Origin: Propionibacterium freudenreichii subsp. freudenreichii
GTDB taxonomy: Bacteria > Actinomycetota > Actinomycetes > Propionibacteriales > Propionibacteriaceae
DNA: 32,000 nucleotides
NCBI RefSeq assembly: GCF_000940845.1
Contig: NZ_CP010341.1
Coordinates: 1 to 32,000, forward strand
Reading direction: 5' to 3'
Below, one piece after another: positions 29,575 through 32,000 of this stretch (positions are counted from its first letter, which is position 1; the number at the start of each line of letters is the position of its first letter). The translations under genes and the position numbers were made by a program. Below the pieces are notes generated by a model. That model searched no databases. It saw nothing but the letters and a program-made list of their open reading frames with translations, and had not been told where the DNA came from.

Positions 29575-30093
29575 ATGGCTGACAATTCCGATGCCACAAC
29601 CGCGAAGGCGGATGGCGGCTCGCGACGCTTCGCGCGTCCCGGCAGCCGACGCAGGTCGGGGCGCAAGCCGGCGCTGTCCTTCGCCACGCTGAAGGAGAAG
29701 GCCGGGGCCGGACGTCCCGAGGGTCCCACGCGCAAGGCGCAGCTGCGCATCTCGCGGGTCGACCCGTGGTCGGTGATGAAGACCTCATTCCTGTTCTCGG
29801 TGGTCGGCGGCATCGCGTTGATCATTGCGGTGTGGGTGTTGTGGGGCATCATCAGCCTGTCCGGTGGCCTCAACGCCATGCAGCAGGGCATCACGGCCAT
29901 GGTCGGCGCCGATAGTGGCGGCGGGTCCAACCTGGCCAACTATGTGACCATGTGGCGCGTGCTGGGGTTCACCGTGCTGGTGTCGGTGGTGAGCATCGTG
30001 CTGGTCACGGCCATCACCACGCTGTTCAGTTTCGTGTACAACGTGGCCGCCAATGTGATCGGCGGCCTCGAGGTGACACTGGCCGAGGACTGA
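29575..30093 (+). CDS. DUF3566 transmembrane protein (Rv0007-type, conserved after gyrA in Actinobacteria)
   Basis: Basic N-tail, then RKAQLRISRVDPWSVMKTSFLFSVVGGIALIIAVWVLW and a C-terminal TM ending in NVAANVIGGLEVTLAED. AGGAGGG lies 5 nt before ATG 29575. Confidence 0.8.
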   Translation: MADNSDATTAKADGGSRRFARPGSRRRSGRKPALSFATLKEKAGAGRPEGPTRKAQLRISRVDPWSVMKTSFLFSVVGGIALIIAVWVLWGIISLSGGLNAMQQGITAMVGADSGGGSNLANYVTMWRVLGFTVLVSVVSIVLVTAITTLFSFVYNVAANVIGGLEVTLAED

Positions 30094-30166
30094 GTGAGTT
30101 GAGCGTGAGGGACGTCGTGCGATAAAGTCTCTCTTCGGTACGGGGGACAACCTCCCCAGCACCGAT

Positions 30167-30243
30167 GGGCCTATAGCTCAGTTGGTTAGAGCGCGTCCCT
30201 GATAAGGACGAGGTCACTGGTTCAAGTCCAGTTAGGCCCACCA
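30167..30243 (+). tRNA. tRNA-Ile (anticodon GAT), CCA encoded
   Basis: Folded by hand. Acceptor GGGCCTA/TAGGCCC. D-stem GCTC/GAGC. Anticodon stem CGTCC/GGACG with loop CTGATAA. T-stem ACTGG/CCAGT with loop TTCAAGT. Discriminator A plus CCA. Confidence 0.93.
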
Positions 30244-30621
30244 AAGAATGTGCCTCTGACAAGCTTCGATGCTCTGAGCCCTCTCGACAGGGTACGAATC
30301 GGGTACGAATTCCCGTCGGTCCTCGCGTACGCGCGCGTGTGAGAGCGGGCCCGCCCACGCGCTCACCGGCGTGGCTCTCGCACGGCCTACACATAGCCCT
30401 GACACCGCGAATCATGGGTGACAACTGATACCCCCCTGGGGTATCAGTTCCGTGGGGAATGCCGCTATGTCTGGTCGGGTCGAGGGATACAGTCCAGACT
30501 TTCCCCCCATGTTTTGTGGAAAGGGTGCCCATACAGGGCATGCAGGGTGATTGGGGTTGGGCGACCGGAAACCGCGTTCTCCCGGGTCCAGGATCACCGA
30601 CCCTACGACTACACCACCCAT

Positions 30622-30668
30622 GGGCTGCAAGTCCGGGAGATCTGCGACGGTGGGCCTCTAATCATGAC
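30622..30668. repeat. Copy A of a 47-bp direct repeat (34-bp core 31/34 identical to copy B)
   Basis: GGGCTGCAAGTCCGGGAGATCTGCGACGGTGGGCCTCTAATCATGAC. Lies 63 bp beyond the stop of the 226-aa gene. In the copy-B reading frame it carries TAG where copy B has TGG. Confidence 0.75.
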
Positions 30669-30730
30669 TGGAGCACAGCAGCGCCCCGGGTAGTTCGCGG
30701 TGAACCACTCGGGGCGGTGATGTTGGTCGG

Positions 30731-31411
30731 TCAGACGGCCACGTCCGCAGACGTGAGCTGTTGCCTCTGACCGAACGGCTGGACATTTGTCACCGGCAGC
30801 GCGTCGGCATCGTCCAGCTCGCGGAACAGATCGGGGTCGCCGTCGGCCAGGCCCAGGAGGTCCTGGGAATCCAGCTCCCCGCCCAACGCGATCTTGTGCG
30901 CAGCCCGGGCCACACCTGCCTCCTGCTGTGCCGTCGCGAGTTGGCTGGCCAGGGCGCCGTAGAGTTCCTGGTTCTCGGGCAGCGCCGGGTACGCCCGGAC
31001 CACGGCCTCGGGGATGTACGCGGCCTCGTCCTCGGGCAGCTCGTGGGCGCCGATCGTGGCCAGGGTCTCCAGCTCGTGGGCGGAGGCGGACGGGGCGATT
31101 GTGTCGACGTTCGCCGTCCCGGCTGCGATACGTGCCGAAAGCCGCTGCCAGGTCAACTCTCGGGCGATGACGGTCTGGGGATCGGACGACGGCGCCAGGT
31201 CCTTGGCGAACTGATCGTTGAGAGCCTGCTGAGCCTTCTCTTCCCGGGCCAGCGCCACCTTCACCTCCGAGATGACCCATTCGCGGGTTGGCGCGATCTG
31301 CTTCTCTCGGTACTCGGCCAGGCCGCTCGCTGACAGGCTCGGGTTGGTGTAGGCATCGGCGGCCTTCTTGTCTGCCATGAACTTGCGGAATGCATCGGTG
31401 ATGCTAGACAT
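30731..31411 (-). CDS. Hypothetical protein (226 aa, acidic and helical), probable mobile-element or phage cargo
   Basis: AAGGAAG lies 6 nt upstream of ATG 31411. Co-oriented 44 nt downstream of the FDXHR-like gene. No family recognised. Confidence 0.55.
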   Translation of the reverse strand: MSSITDAFRKFMADKKAADAYTNPSLSASGLAEYREKQIAPTREWVISEVKVALAREEKAQQALNDQFAKDLAPSSDPQTVIARELTWQRLSARIAAGTANVDTIAPSASAHELETLATIGAHELPEDEAAYIPEAVVRAYPALPENQELYGALASQLATAQQEAGVARAAHKIALGGELDSQDLLGLADGDPDLFRELDDADALPVTNVQPFGQRQQLTSADVAV

Positions 31412-31455
31412 GATGGACTTCCTTTCGAGGAGCTATCTGATGGTTGGGGGTGTAG

Positions 31456-31740
31456 TTATGCGGGATCGGGCTGCGCGGCTGGGAGATCTGCGACGGTGGG
31501 CCTCCAATCGTCACTTCCGGGCCAGTGCCATACGCCCTTGGCATTCCGCACGAGGCCCTTGGCGGCTATCTCGTCGGGTGTGAGGCAGCGGCGCGGTATG
31601 TAGGGGCGCTGCGGGTCGTGGTGGTCGTAGTAGTCACCAACCCGGTGCAGGTCCCCCGCCGATGTGCCCGAGAACAGCTCGTTGCAGACGGGGCAGAGCT
31701 CTGTCTTGAAGCCAGGGATTGCGGGGCGCTTCGCGCTCAT
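31456..31740 (-). CDS. Small CxxC ... DxHR zinc-binding-type protein resembling the actinophage-associated FDXHR family (94 aa)
   Basis: MSAKRPAIPGFKTELCPVCNELFSGTSAGDLHRVGDYYDHHDPQRPYIPRRCLTPDEI. ATG 31740 is preceded by GGGAGGGG. The motif is GDLHR rather than FDxHR, so the family assignment is tentative. Confidence 0.5.
   Translation of the reverse strand: MSAKRPAIPGFKTELCPVCNELFSGTSAGDLHRVGDYYDHHDPQRPYIPRRCLTPDEIAAKGLVRNAKGVWHWPGSDDWRPTVADLPAAQPDPA
31468..31514. repeat. Copy B of the 47-bp direct repeat (inside the 3' end of the FDXHR-like gene)
   Basis: GGGCTGCGCGGCTGGGAGATCTGCGACGGTGGGCCTCCAATCGTCAC. On the minus strand it encodes ...DDWRPTVADLPAAQP. Confidence 0.75.
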
Positions 31741-31785
31741 GCTGGATTCCCCTCCCGAGCCAGGGGGGCATCCAATCGGAGGGCA

Positions 31786-31930
31786 GAACATACCGGCGTT
31801 TTCTTGGCCCCCGGTATGTTCCGCCGGATCTACCGATGAAGAACCTACCTCGAACCCCCCTAAAGGGGTACGTTCGGTAGGTTTCTTCGAACCTACCGAG
31901 CCGGTATGTTCCGGTATGTTCCGGTACCTT
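31786..31930. repeat. Dense repeat/operator-like array upstream of the FDXHR-like gene
   Basis: The CCGGTATGTT(C) motif occurs inverted at 31786-31796 and direct at 31811-31821, which together form an 11-bp perfect IR with a 14-nt spacer. It also occurs as tandem 10-mers at 31901-31910 and 31911-31920, with a degenerate third copy at 31921-31930. A long imperfect hairpin spans 31838-31888 (GAAGAACCTACC...CCCCT-AA-AGGGG...GGTAGGTTTCTTC). Confidence 0.7.
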
Positions 31931-32000
31931 CTGGAAGGGCACCTCATTTCGCTCCTCCTGGCTCGGTATTTTCGGCCAGCTTGTAGTAGAACCCGCCACC

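Noticed and set aside
30026-30541. 171-aa minus-strand ORF
   Set aside because: It runs antisense through the tRNA-Ile gene and the 3' end of DUF3566. It has no SD or motifs.
31634-31999. 121-aa minus-strand ORF running off the window end
   Set aside because: It overlaps the better-supported FDXHR-like gene out of frame and crosses the repeat array. The translation is Arg/Gly-rich. It may only reflect the truncated window.

Overview
High-GC (roughly 65-70%) actinobacterial chromosome around the replication origin. By gene content (SLH surface protein, IS30 element) it looks like Propionibacteriaceae, but that is an inference; no database search was possible. The conserved backbone dnaA - dnaN - recF - DUF721/dciA - gyrB - gyrA - DUF3566 - tRNA-Ile(GAT) is all on the + strand and is interrupted by four accessory blocks. 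(1) About 10.6 kb lies between dnaA and dnaN. It holds an MFS exporter and divergent MerR regulator with twin palindromic operators, an sqdB/SQD2-like sulfoquinovose-lipid gene pair, and a MacB/FtsX-type ABC transporter, followed by a 1.9 kb repeat-rich non-coding stretch. (2) Between dciA and gyrB there is a low-GC gene for a secreted protein with three SLH domains, split by an IS30-family element, plus a two-TM hypothetical. (3) Between gyrA and DUF3566 there is a Cys-rich hypothetical, a divergent double-DUF1540 Cys-rich mini-protein, and a three-gene AmmeMemoRadiSam cassette (Memo-like, AMMECR1-like, radical SAM). (4) Downstream of tRNA-Ile there are phage-like small genes with dense repeats. 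The most notable signals are these: the densest DnaA-box cluster sits about 5 kb from both dnaA and dnaN at a strand-switch point; three DnaA boxes spaced 13 bp apart overlap the recF stop and dciA start; the uncharacterised AmmeMemoRadiSam cassette has Cys-rich neighbours; and an actinobacterium carries a sulfoquinovose pathway. All protein calls rest on recalled family motifs and synteny. Starts were chosen by SD-like sequence and alignment logic.
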